Assembly (NCBI GenBank): GCA_038212275.1
Contig: JBBQUR010000022.1
Location: forward strand, 1 to 64,000
Direction: 5' to 3'
Length of the DNA stretch: 64,000 bases
Source of the DNA: Planctomycetota bacterium
GTDB lineage: Bacteria > Planctomycetota > B15-G4
Shown one piece after another: positions 39,273-48,601 of this stretch; the stretch's first letter is position 1; every line of letters starts with the position of its first letter. The position numbers and the translations under genes were made by a program. The notes under the pieces are model-generated. The model did not search any database. It was not told where the DNA came from and was given only the letters and a program-made list of their open reading frames with translations.

Positions 39273-40263
39273 GCGCCGGAGCGCCGGCTTCACGCTGCTC
39301 GAGCTGCTGGTGGTGATGGCCATCATCGGCACGCTCATGGGCATCGGGGTCGGAGCCTTCGCCAGCCTCGGGCGCGCGGACCGCCAGGCCACCGGCCAGG
39401 TGAAGGACGCCCTGCGCGCGGCGCGACTCTATGCGTTGCGCGCGAGCGCACCCGCCGCCGTCGTCGTCGATCCCGCCAACCGCGAGGTCTTCGCCACGGG
39501 GCTCACCGCGACGGGCAACTGGCACTTCGAGGACGACGCGGGCACCGGCTGGCCCGTGCCGGCCCGCTACGAACCCGGCACGCTGCTGCGCGAGGGCGTC
39601 ATCGGCTCGGCGCTCTCCATCGGCGGCGACGACGTGCTGCTGATCACCGACCTGCCCTCGCGTTTCGACTCGCCGCAGGGCTTCGGCGTGGACGTCTTCC
39701 TGCGCCCCGCCGCGGAGCCGCGCCCGATGACGCTGCTCGAACGCCCGGGCCGCTGGCAGCTGCGCCTCGACGACAACGACCGGCTCGAAGTGCGCCTCAT
39801 GCTCGCCGCGCACCCCGAGCCCGAGGAATTCCGCGTGTCCTTCGATGCGCAGCTGCCCGACACGCGCTTCACCGAGCTCTCCGTGCTCTTCGACGGGCGC
39901 GTCCTGCACGTGGCGCTTGACGGGAGGCGCGTCGGCGAGGACACGCTGCTCACGACGCCGCGCACGCTGGCCGCCGCGCCGGGCTCGGTGCTCCGCAGCG
40001 GCGACGGCGTGCTGCGCTTCCGCGGCGCGATCGATGAACTCTCCGTGGCCGCGGTGGTGGAGGGCGATCACCGCCCGCTGCCGGCGGACGTCACGCTGGA
40101 TGGCGCCCTGCGCGTGCTGCGCCTCGACGGCTTCGGGCACCTCGATCCGGCCTGGCATCGCACGCCGCAGCAGGTCTCGTTCGAGACCGGCGAACCGCCG
40201 CGCCGCACGGTCATCGAACTGGGCGTGCTGGGCACCGTGCGCAGCTGGACGGATGCGCCATGA
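39238..40263 (+). CDS. Prepilin, GspH/FimT-like, with inserted LamG-like domain
   Basis: AG/FTLLELLVVMAII; ALRAARLYA; WHFED...GVIGSAL...VLFDG...LDG...FRGAIDEL. The only in-frame start seen is TTG 39238. Confidence 0.8.
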   Translation: MPTTRSTRASTERRSAGFTLLELLVVMAIIGTLMGIGVGAFASLGRADRQATGQVKDALRAARLYALRASAPAAVVVDPANREVFATGLTATGNWHFEDDAGTGWPVPARYEPGTLLREGVIGSALSIGGDDVLLITDLPSRFDSPQGFGVDVFLRPAAEPRPMTLLERPGRWQLRLDDNDRLEVRLMLAAHPEPEEFRVSFDAQLPDTRFTELSVLFDGRVLHVALDGRRVGEDTLLTTPRTLAAAPGSVLRSGDGVLRFRGAIDELSVAAVVEGDHRPLPADVTLDGALRVLRLDGFGHLDPAWHRTPQQVSFETGEPPRRTVIELGVLGTVRSWTDAP

Positions 40264-43200
40264 GCGAGGCGCCGCACGGGGGGGGATCTCGCGGCGAGCG
40301 CGGCATCGCGCTGATCACGGTGATCCTCGCGCTGGTGGCGCTGGCGGTCATCGCCACGCCCTTTGCGCTCTCCATGCGCGGACTGCAGGCGCAGGCGCTC
40401 TACGGCTTCGAGCAGGAGGCTGCGCGCGCGGATTGCGATCTCGCTCTGGCCGCGGCGCGCGCTCATCTCGAGCAGACGCACCCGTTCCTCGACTCGGCCA
40501 CGCCCTGGAGCGACGACCGGAGCGAGCTGTCCCCGCCGGACCTCGCGCAGCGCTATCCGGAGCTGCTGTCGCGCGCGCCACTGGGCACGATCCGCTCCGT
40601 GAGCATCACCGACGAGCAGGGCAAAGTGGACCTCGCGACGGCCTCGCCCTACCTGCTCGGAAACATCCTCGGCGGGCGCACGCTGCTCACGGCGGACATC
40701 GACGAGCGCGCGACGTCGCTGCCCGTCGCCTCCACCGCGGGTTTCCCGGACACGGGCCTCGCGTGGCTGGGGCGCGAGCAGGTGGAGTATTCGCTGCGCG
40801 AACCGACGCTGCTGGGTGAAGTGCGGCGCGGCCTTCCCAGCGCGGCCATGCCGCTCTCGCCGGCGCTTCCCCACGCCACGGAAGACGACGTGCTCGACGG
40901 GCGGCTGCTGCTGCTGTGCCAGCACGGCTGGCGCATCCGACCCGGAGTCTTCGACGGCTTCCGCCGCGTCGACGGCCTCAAGGAGATTTCGCTCTACGGC
41001 GAGCTCGCCTACACGGCGGAGGATCTTGACCGCGCGCGCGCCTCGCTCACCGTCGCGGGCGGTCCGCTGCGCTTCGTCGCCAGCCAGCGCGTGCTGACGC
41101 TGGCCACCGGGCGAGAGGGCGGGCCCGAGCTGGTCGTGCCGGACGGACGGCGCTTCGGTGCCGGCACCGTGCTGCAACTGACCACCGGCGGTGGCGACAC
41201 GGAGTGGAATCTTGCGCTGGACTGCGTGGACTGGGGTGGCGGTGAGGGCTGGCACGTGGCCCTGCTGCTGCCGACGACGCTGCGGCACGACAGCGGCAGC
41301 ACGGTGGCCGCGCTCGCGCGACATCCCGTGAACGTGGCCTCGGCGAGCCCGCGCGTGCTGGGGGCGCTCTTCGCGGGCGTGGGCCGCTCGCCGACGACCG
41401 ACGTCATCAACGCACGCGAGGCCGCCGTGCTGTCCACCGCGCTGCTCGCGGTGGATGCCGGCACCGACAAGAATGACCTGTTCGATGCGCTGGCGCCGGC
41501 GATCCGCCGCGGAGAGTTCAGCCTGGACGATCTGGACACCGCGCTCGACGCGATCGGCGGGGCGCGCGGGCTGCGGACGGCTCCCGATGCGGAGGCGCTG
41601 GCCGGCCAGCTGGCCGGGCTGGTCACGCGCCGGTCGCCGCAGCGCGTGAGCACCGTCGCAGCGCGCGAGCTTGCCGAGCGCCTCACTGCCAGGCCGCCGC
41701 GCTCACATGAAGACTTCGCCCTGCGGCTCGACGAAGCCGTCGCGCAGGGTGTGCTGCGGGCACCGCAGCGCGATGCGCTGCTGCGCAACGCCCTCGACAG
41801 CAGCGACGCGGCACTGTCGGGCGGGACCGCGCCGTTCACCTACGCTTCGGGCGGCGTGTTCAGCGTGGACGCCGCCGTGAGCCGCAACTTTCCCAACGGG
41901 CGCGAACAGGTGCGCGCGCTGCGCTCGCAGATCCTGTCGGTGGCGCCGCAAGGCGAGAGCGCCCACACGCTGGTGAGCCAGCGCGATTTCGAGGAGGCCA
42001 GCGAACCCGGTGCGGGGCAGCACGGCTGGAGCAGCGCTCCCCGCCTGCTGCAGTCGGGGCCCGGACCGGCGGGCACGGCCGGCGGTGTCGACGCCTTTGC
42101 CGAGGCGCTGGCTCTCGGCGGAGCCGGCGTGTCGCGCGCCGGCACGCTGGTCGCCGGTCGGCCGGGTCCCGCGGAGGACGGCGCGTCGGCCGTGTCGCCG
42201 TCCACGCTGCGCAGCACGCTGCCCGACACGCTGCACTTCGACGAGGGGCTCGTCGGGCTCACGGGCGACTCGCCGAAGGGCTACTCGTTCGCGCAGGGGC
42301 CGGTGAGTCTTCCGCTGGCGGGGATCGTGCCGTCCCTCGTCAGCAAGCAGCCGCTGCTCGGGACCTTCGCGGTGGAGTTCTGGTGGCAGGTGCCCGACAC
42401 GAAGGCCGAGGTCATCCTCTTCGACGGTGGTGCCGGCGAGCTGGAAGACCGCATCCTCATCGCGCTCATCGGCGGCGAGCTGGTGCTCCGCGTCAGCGAC
42501 ACCAGCCTCCCCGACTTCGAGGCCGTCATGCCGAAGGGGCACGCGCCGCCCGCCGGCGAGATCCGCTATGCCTTCGATGACGGCCTGAAGCTGCTGCCCG
42601 ACACGCCCTACCACGTGCTCGCGTCCGTCGGCGGCGCACGCGACACGCAGCTTGCGCTCTTCGTCGACGGCCTGCCGCGCGGACACCGCTCGTTCACGAC
42701 CGCGCTCGCGGAGGACCTCGCGTCCGCCAACACGCAGCTCGAGGGCATCGCGGGGTACGGCGGCGAGGAGAAGGTGCGCGTGGAATCCACGGCGGGCTTC
42801 CCGGATCGCGGCGCCGTGCGCATCGGCACCGAAATCCTCGAGTACGTGGAAAAGACCGACGACAGCTTCGTGGTGCGGCGCGCCGGCGAGGTGGACAGCT
42901 TCGGCGGACGCGGCCGCCGCGGCACCGCTGCGCTGAAGCACGACGCCACCGAGCTCGTGGAGCTGGTCGGCTGGAGCCGCGCGCTCGGCAGCGAGCGGGC
43001 GAGTCAGGGCATCGCCAGTCTCAACGGCGACATGGACGTGTTCACGATCGCGGAGCTCGACCCGACGCGCCTCACCGACGAGATTTCCGTGAGCATCGTG
43101 CCGAACAGCGGCGGCGCACCGGTCACCGTCCCGCTGGGCACGGGGCTCGCCTACGGCAACAGCACCCTGCCGCTGCGCGGTGGCGGCGGCTCGGCGTTGA

Positions 43201-45443
43201 AGTCCGGCTCCTTCCAGTCGGGCGGCGGCTTCGCCATCCTGTTCTGCGATTACGGCCGCAGTGCGGTGGCGGGCCAGCGGATCCCCAACCCGAACGCGCC
43301 CAACAATCCGCAGGACAGCGTCACGCTGCCGGCGCAGACGACGGGCGGCTGGCTCGGCGGCGGCGAGATCGTGCGCTACTCCGGCTTCGACGGCAGCCAG
43401 CTCACCGGCGTGCAGCGCAACCAGGCGGGCATCCCGGTGGCCACGGGGGGGAAGGGCAGCAGCCTCGCGGGCACCGATCAGGTGGATTCGGTCTCCGGCG
43501 GCAGCACGGGCTGGGCCGAGCAGCGCGAATACGTCACCACCTTCGATGCGGCCATTCTCGGCGCCATCCAGGGGCTGCCCGAGAATCCCCGCGTCTTCGT
43601 GTTCCCGCTGTCGGTCGGCGTCACCGGCAGCAACCTGTTCGAGGACTTTCATCCGGCGCCCGACGGCCGCCTCAGTGCGCCGTCGGCCGTGGTGCAGGTG
43701 GGCATCGATTTCGAGGATGCGGACAACGCCACCGAGTGGATGCGCTGGAACACCGCCACCGACCTCGGCTTCGTGCGCGACGACAGCACGGCACTCGACA
43801 GCGGCCTGACCTACCTCATGGCCACCGGCCTGTGGGACCCGGGCAACGGCGCACCCGACGACGACACGGCCAAGGCGCTCAACGACGAGCTGGACTTCCG
43901 CGCCCAGGATGGCACGCCGATGAGCCATCACGGCAGCGGTGACCGCGTGCTGCCGACGATCGTGCTCGGCCGCTGGTTCTCCAGCGGCAACGACCCGCTC
44001 GTGGGCATTCCCGGCCGCCACGATTCCGTGACGCTGGTGAACACCGACGGCGACAAGGAATGGAACCGCATCAATCACGCCAGCAACCAGGATCCCGAAT
44101 GGGGCAGCAACTTCTGCCTCGTCGGCCTGCGCGAGGCGGTCTCCGGCGAGTTCCTCTACACCGACGAGACGGACGACTCGAACTACGCGCTGGCGGGCCT
44201 GCCGCTGCAGGGCCAGGTCAGCGCGGACAGCACGGCCTTCGACATCATCAAGTCGCTCAACGCCGACAGCCGGCTGTACACGCGCATGCTCTGCTCGCCC
44301 TCGGGGGAGCTGCCCACGGCGCCGATCGAGGCCTTTCACATGGGAGCCGACTGGAGCGGCCGTCCGAGCACGGGACTCGCCATCGTGGACGAGCTGCGCT
44401 TCCACGCGCCCGTCGGATCCGGCGAATACCTGCCCGACAACGGCCGCTGCCTGCTTGGCGAGGATCTCGAGCTGGAGGAAAACCGCCAGCTGCGCCTCGG
44501 CGTCGAGGCGCTGGCTTTCCCGTACGGTCAGCGGCGCGATCCCGTCCTCGGCGGCGGGGCGCTGGAGGTGCTCGGCTCGCTGGGACAGGCGGGCGGGCTG
44601 CTGCTCGTGGGCGAGGAGATCGTCGGCTACGCAGGGCTCGACGCCGTGGACTCCGGCAATGTCTTCCTCACGGCGCGCGGGCTCTACGGCACGCAGCGGG
44701 CCTTCCACCGGGCCGGCGAGGCCGTCACCGCGCTGCAGTTCTGGCCGGTGTCGCCGCTGGCGTCGTCGGTGACGGCCAGCTCGGGCCACCTGCCGCTCGC
44801 AGACAGTTCAGGCTTTCCCGCGGACGGCGGCCTGGTGTGGGTCGGCGACGAACTGATCGACTACACCTCGCGCGACGAGAGCGGTCTGAACCTTCCGGTG
44901 GCCACCACCGGCTCGCGCCTGCAGCTCTCGTCGGAAGGCCTGCTGCGCGGGCGCTTCGGAACCGTCGCCGCCGAGCATCCGGCCGGCACGCTGGTGCGCT
45001 GGATGCCGGCGCGCGTGGCCGACCGCGCGATGCTCGGCCACGACGTGCCGGAGTCCGAGAGCCTGCGGCTCACGGTGCGTGCGCCCGGAGCTTTCTTCAC
45101 CGACCTCATCGTGGACGCGTTGCTGCCGGACAGCAAGGTGTCGTTGCAACTGCGCGCCGTACTCGACGGCCGCGCCTCGGCGCACGACGACGCGACGAAG
45201 CACCCCGGGCTGCTCGCCCTCGCACCGGCCGACGGCCGCGTGCAGCCTTCCGGCCGCATGCAGTTCGCGCTCGGCCGACAGGCCGACGTGCTCGAGCTTT
45301 TCCTGTTCTCCGAGTGGGCGCGCGACGCCTTCGATGCGCGCAGCTACACGAGCAATGCCTGGAAGCTTGCGCCGGAAGTGCGCGCCCTCGTGGTGGGGCA
45401 CGCCCAGCCGACGCTCGTGCTCGAGCAGGAGGATCGTCGATGA
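40260..45443 (+). CDS. Giant GspK/PilX-like minor pilin (1727 aa) with LamG and phage-structural-like repeats
   Basis: ERG/IALITV (no Glu5); GspK motifs SITDEQGKVDL and PVNVASASPRVLGAL; FAVEFWW...LFVDG...IVDELRF; repeated STAGFP modules. Confidence 0.8.
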   Translation: MSEAPHGGGSRGERGIALITVILALVALAVIATPFALSMRGLQAQALYGFEQEAARADCDLALAAARAHLEQTHPFLDSATPWSDDRSELSPPDLAQRYPELLSRAPLGTIRSVSITDEQGKVDLATASPYLLGNILGGRTLLTADIDERATSLPVASTAGFPDTGLAWLGREQVEYSLREPTLLGEVRRGLPSAAMPLSPALPHATEDDVLDGRLLLLCQHGWRIRPGVFDGFRRVDGLKEISLYGELAYTAEDLDRARASLTVAGGPLRFVASQRVLTLATGREGGPELVVPDGRRFGAGTVLQLTTGGGDTEWNLALDCVDWGGGEGWHVALLLPTTLRHDSGSTVAALARHPVNVASASPRVLGALFAGVGRSPTTDVINAREAAVLSTALLAVDAGTDKNDLFDALAPAIRRGEFSLDDLDTALDAIGGARGLRTAPDAEALAGQLAGLVTRRSPQRVSTVAARELAERLTARPPRSHEDFALRLDEAVAQGVLRAPQRDALLRNALDSSDAALSGGTAPFTYASGGVFSVDAAVSRNFPNGREQVRALRSQILSVAPQGESAHTLVSQRDFEEASEPGAGQHGWSSAPRLLQSGPGPAGTAGGVDAFAEALALGGAGVSRAGTLVAGRPGPAEDGASAVSPSTLRSTLPDTLHFDEGLVGLTGDSPKGYSFAQGPVSLPLAGIVPSLVSKQPLLGTFAVEFWWQVPDTKAEVILFDGGAGELEDRILIALIGGELVLRVSDTSLPDFEAVMPKGHAPPAGEIRYAFDDGLKLLPDTPYHVLASVGGARDTQLALFVDGLPRGHRSFTTALAEDLASANTQLEGIAGYGGEEKVRVESTAGFPDRGAVRIGTEILEYVEKTDDSFVVRRAGEVDSFGGRGRRGTAALKHDATELVELVGWSRALGSERASQGIASLNGDMDVFTIAELDPTRLTDEISVSIVPNSGGAPVTVPLGTGLAYGNSTLPLRGGGGSALKSGSFQSGGGFAILFCDYGRSAVAGQRIPNPNAPNNPQDSVTLPAQTTGGWLGGGEIVRYSGFDGSQLTGVQRNQAGIPVATGGKGSSLAGTDQVDSVSGGSTGWAEQREYVTTFDAAILGAIQGLPENPRVFVFPLSVGVTGSNLFEDFHPAPDGRLSAPSAVVQVGIDFEDADNATEWMRWNTATDLGFVRDDSTALDSGLTYLMATGLWDPGNGAPDDDTAKALNDELDFRAQDGTPMSHHGSGDRVLPTIVLGRWFSSGNDPLVGIPGRHDSVTLVNTDGDKEWNRINHASNQDPEWGSNFCLVGLREAVSGEFLYTDETDDSNYALAGLPLQGQVSADSTAFDIIKSLNADSRLYTRMLCSPSGELPTAPIEAFHMGADWSGRPSTGLAIVDELRFHAPVGSGEYLPDNGRCLLGEDLELEENRQLRLGVEALAFPYGQRRDPVLGGGALEVLGSLGQAGGLLLVGEEIVGYAGLDAVDSGNVFLTARGLYGTQRAFHRAGEAVTALQFWPVSPLASSVTASSGHLPLADSSGFPADGGLVWVGDELIDYTSRDESGLNLPVATTGSRLQLSSEGLLRGRFGTVAAEHPAGTLVRWMPARVADRAMLGHDVPESESLRLTVRAPGAFFTDLIVDALLPDSKVSLQLRAVLDGRASAHDDATKHPGLLALAPADGRVQPSGRMQFALGRQADVLELFLFSEWARDAFDARSYTSNAWKLAPEVRALVVGHAQPTLVLEQEDRR

Positions 45444-46609
45444 GACGCCCGCGCGGCTTCACGCTCATCGAGGTGCTCGCGGCCACCGCGCTTTTCGCGC
45501 TGCTCGGCACGATGTTGTTCACCGTGGTGCGCGGCGCGATGGACCTGTGGACGATCGGCGAGCGCAATCGCGAGCTCAACGACCGCGCCAGTGCCGCGCT
45601 CGACCTGATGGCGGAGGACCTGCGCACGACGTGGCCCGGTCTGCCCGGCGCGACCGAGCAGGACAGCCGCTTCCTGGTGGCGCAACGCACCGACGATCGT
45701 CCGCCGGGCGCGACGGGGAGCTCGTCGCTGCTGGCCTTCGCGCGGCTCTGCCACGAACAGCGGGCGCTGGACTGGTTGCGCCGTGCGGGTGACACGCCGG
45801 GGGCGCAGGGCACCGCCAGCCTCGCGTCGCCGTCGGATCCCGCGCAGCTGCAGCCCACCGGCGGACTCGCCGAGGCGCTGTTCATGCTCGCGAGAGCACC
45901 CGGCGACGTGCTGCCCTCGCTCATCCGCCGCGTGCGCACGCCGCTCGGCGGCACGGGCTCGCTGCTCGACGAGGACAGCTGGGTGACGCCCGCCGGCGCA
46001 CCGTCGGGCGGAGGTCTGCGCGACCAGCTGCAGGCGGCCGAAGCGCGCGGAGCCGGCGTGTGGCGCGACGGAGTGGTCCTCGCCGACCGGGTGCTGTGGT
46101 TCGGCGTGCTCTGCTGGGGCGCCGACACGACCTGCTGGGATCGACTGCCGACCGACCCGGCCGATGCCGTGCCGGCGCTGCCCGTGTGGGACAGCACGCG
46201 CGGACTCGCTCCGGCCGGCACGGAGGGATTTCCGCTGGCGGTGGGCCCGGCCTCGCTGCTCGACGGCAGCGACGACGTCTTCCCGCAGCGCGTGCGCCTG
46301 ACGCTCGTGCTCGAACGCGACGAGGGCAATGCCACCACGGGCGTACTGTCCGATGAGTTGAGCCTGACGGGCCGCACGCTGACCCTGGCCTCCGCCAGAA
46401 TTCTGGAGGACGAGCAGGCTCCCGACTTCGTGCTCGTGGACGCCGAATGGCTGGGCGTGACGGCCGCCGACGGGCGGAACCTGACCGTCACGCGTGGCGC
46501 GCGGGGCACGCGGCCGGCGCAGCATTCCAGCGGGACGAAGCTGCGCGTCGGCCGGCGCTTCGATCGCGTGGTGGACCTGCCCTGCGGGCGGGAGAACTGG
46601 AACCCGTGA
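45440..46609 (+). CDS. Prepilin, GspJ/PilW-like
   Basis: RG/FTLIEVLAA; ALDLMAEDLR; VLADRV; FPQRVRLTL. Confidence 0.8.
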   Translation: MRRPRGFTLIEVLAATALFALLGTMLFTVVRGAMDLWTIGERNRELNDRASAALDLMAEDLRTTWPGLPGATEQDSRFLVAQRTDDRPPGATGSSSLLAFARLCHEQRALDWLRRAGDTPGAQGTASLASPSDPAQLQPTGGLAEALFMLARAPGDVLPSLIRRVRTPLGGTGSLLDEDSWVTPAGAPSGGGLRDQLQAAEARGAGVWRDGVVLADRVLWFGVLCWGADTTCWDRLPTDPADAVPALPVWDSTRGLAPAGTEGFPLAVGPASLLDGSDDVFPQRVRLTLVLERDEGNATTGVLSDELSLTGRTLTLASARILEDEQAPDFVLVDAEWLGVTAADGRNLTVTRGARGTRPAQHSSGTKLRVGRRFDRVVDLPCGRENWNP

Positions 46610-47043
46610 ACCAGCGCGGCTTCACGCTCATCGAGGTGCTCGTGGCCATGCTGGTCTTTGTGACCGGCGTGGCGGGGTTGCTCGCGCTCATCGTCACGGC
46701 GCTGGCGCTGCACCGCGACGGCCTCAACCTGGCGCGGGCCACACGGGACTTCGACGCACTGCGGGCGACCATCGTCGCGGAGGTGGCGGCGGGCGGGCAC
46801 TTCGACGCGGACCGGCACGCCTTTGTCGATGTGGCCGTCGCGGCCCTGCCGGACGGCACCACCTACGCGGTGCACTTCATCCCGGGCGACGGGGTGGAGC
46901 CCGACCGGGCCGAACTCCGCTTCGGGGCCAACGAGGCCGAACTCCGCACCGCGCGGCCGGTGGTCTTCGCGCTGCCGACCGGCCCGCCCCTGGCGTCCAC
47001 GGTGGCGCGCTGGCGGGAACGCCAGGCTCGCCCGGAACACTGA
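46606..47043 (+). CDS. Prepilin, GspI/PilV-like
   Basis: GTG start overlapping the previous stop; QRG/FTLIEVLVAMLVFVTGVAGLL. Confidence 0.8.
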   Translation: MNQRGFTLIEVLVAMLVFVTGVAGLLALIVTALALHRDGLNLARATRDFDALRATIVAEVAAGGHFDADRHAFVDVAVAALPDGTTYAVHFIPGDGVEPDRAELRFGANEAELRTARPVVFALPTGPPLASTVARWRERQARPEH

Positions 47044-47069
47044 TCCCGATCACTAGAATGCGACGACCC

Positions 47070-48581
47070 ATGCACACACCCGGCTCATGCCCGACTCGAT
47101 TCCTCCGCGCCGCCGTCGCCGCTGCCGTCGCGCTGCTGCTGCTGCTGCCGTCGCTGTCCGCGGAGATCATCCGTCTGCGCGACGGCACGCTGGTGCACGG
47201 CGAGATCACGGAGTTCGACGAGGGCACGGGCTTCACGGTCGTGCGCGCCGACAACGGTGGGCAGGTGCACCTGCGCTGGGAGCACCTGCCGGCCGCCGAG
47301 GTCAAGCGCCTGAAGGAGGCGCGCGGCTTCACCGGCGAGGATCCGCAACCCTGGCTCGTGGACGTCGTGCAGCTCGTGATGAAGAACGGCACGACCGAGG
47401 CCGGCGTGCTGGTGGACAACGGCAGGCCCGACGTCTACTCGCTGCGGCGGCGCAACGGAGTCGACACCTTCCCTCGGCAGTACGTGCACACGCTGGAGAC
47501 GAGTCGCGTGGACGGGCTCTCCGTGTACTCGCCCGACGACCTGTACGGCGTCATCGTCGCGGAGCTGGGCACGCCGAACACAGCCGCGCAGCACTTCGCG
47601 CTGGCCGTCGCGTGCGAAGGCGCCGGGCTCTACAACCAGGCGCTCGAACAGTATGCGGCCGTGCAGGCCCTCGACCCGACGCTGAAGACCGACCTCATCG
47701 CGGCGCGACTTCCGCGCCTGGCGATCAAGCTCGAGGACAAGGCCGAGACCGCGTTCCTGGACGACATCCGCAACAAGCTGTACCGCCGCCTCTTCGACGA
47801 CGCGCTCGCGATGGTCAAGCAGTTCCGCACGCAATACCCGGCCAGCCGGCAGCTCGGCGAGCTGGCCGCGCTGGAAGGCGATGTCGCACGCCAGCGCAAG
47901 GCCTTCTACTCGGCCAGGATCGTCTCGGACTACTTCTCGTTTCTCGGCAAGGCGCTCAACGAGATCGCCCGGCGCGACGGCATGACGCTGGGCGCGGCGG
48001 TGCAGCTCGTCGACGAAACCGTGCACAAGGACGTCGTGAAGCGCATCTCCGCGTCGTACTCCACCTCGGAGGAGCAGACCGAGCAGCTGTGGAAGGCGCG
48101 GCACGGCGGCAGCGTGAGGACCAGCTCCTACGGCACCGGCACCTTCGTGCTGGGCGAGCAGAAGGCGCTCGACTTCTTCGATCACTCGAACGCCGCGGCC
48201 GACAAGGCGCCCGACGAGGAGAAGGCGCCCGACGAGAACGCGAGCCTCGAGCAGCGCATCGAGGACGTGCTGAAGCAGCGCGCGGCCCAGGCCGATTCGC
48301 GCGCCAAGTCCAAGTCCTCCCAGCGCGATCTCTCGGAGGGCCTCACGCCCGACGGCTGGTGGGCCTCGGTCTCCATCGACGACAAGGTCGCCTGGCTCTC
48401 CGGCTACTTCGCCGAGTTCTCCGGCCAGGTGAACGTGGTGCGCGCCAAGCCCAGGCCGTGCCGCACCTGCGACGCGCTCGGCACGGTCGACCAGCTGAAC
48501 GAGGAGAAGGCCCAGATCGAGGCGGTGACCTGCCCGACCTGCAAGGGCCTCAAGATCGAGCGCCTCGTCAACTACCGCTGA
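47070..48581 (+). CDS. Hypothetical secreted protein with TPR-like helices and C-terminal CxxC...CxxC
   Basis: Signal peptide (LLLPSLSA-E); two L-x-(D/N)G-T-x-x-G modules; CRTCDALG...CPTCKG. Confidence 0.7.
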   Translation: MHTPGSCPTRFLRAAVAAAVALLLLLPSLSAEIIRLRDGTLVHGEITEFDEGTGFTVVRADNGGQVHLRWEHLPAAEVKRLKEARGFTGEDPQPWLVDVVQLVMKNGTTEAGVLVDNGRPDVYSLRRRNGVDTFPRQYVHTLETSRVDGLSVYSPDDLYGVIVAELGTPNTAAQHFALAVACEGAGLYNQALEQYAAVQALDPTLKTDLIAARLPRLAIKLEDKAETAFLDDIRNKLYRRLFDDALAMVKQFRTQYPASRQLGELAALEGDVARQRKAFYSARIVSDYFSFLGKALNEIARRDGMTLGAAVQLVDETVHKDVVKRISASYSTSEEQTEQLWKARHGGSVRTSSYGTGTFVLGEQKALDFFDHSNAAADKAPDEEKAPDENASLEQRIEDVLKQRAAQADSRAKSKSSQRDLSEGLTPDGWWASVSIDDKVAWLSGYFAEFSGQVNVVRAKPRPCRTCDALGTVDQLNEEKAQIEAVTCPTCKGLKIERLVNYR

Positions 48582-48601
48582 GCCGCAGGAGAGTGCCCAC
48601 G

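Noticed and set aside
40260..46609. Prophage or contractile injection system suggested by the phage-like modules
   Set aside because: No capsid, terminase, sheath, tube or baseplate genes; the modules sit inside prepilins.
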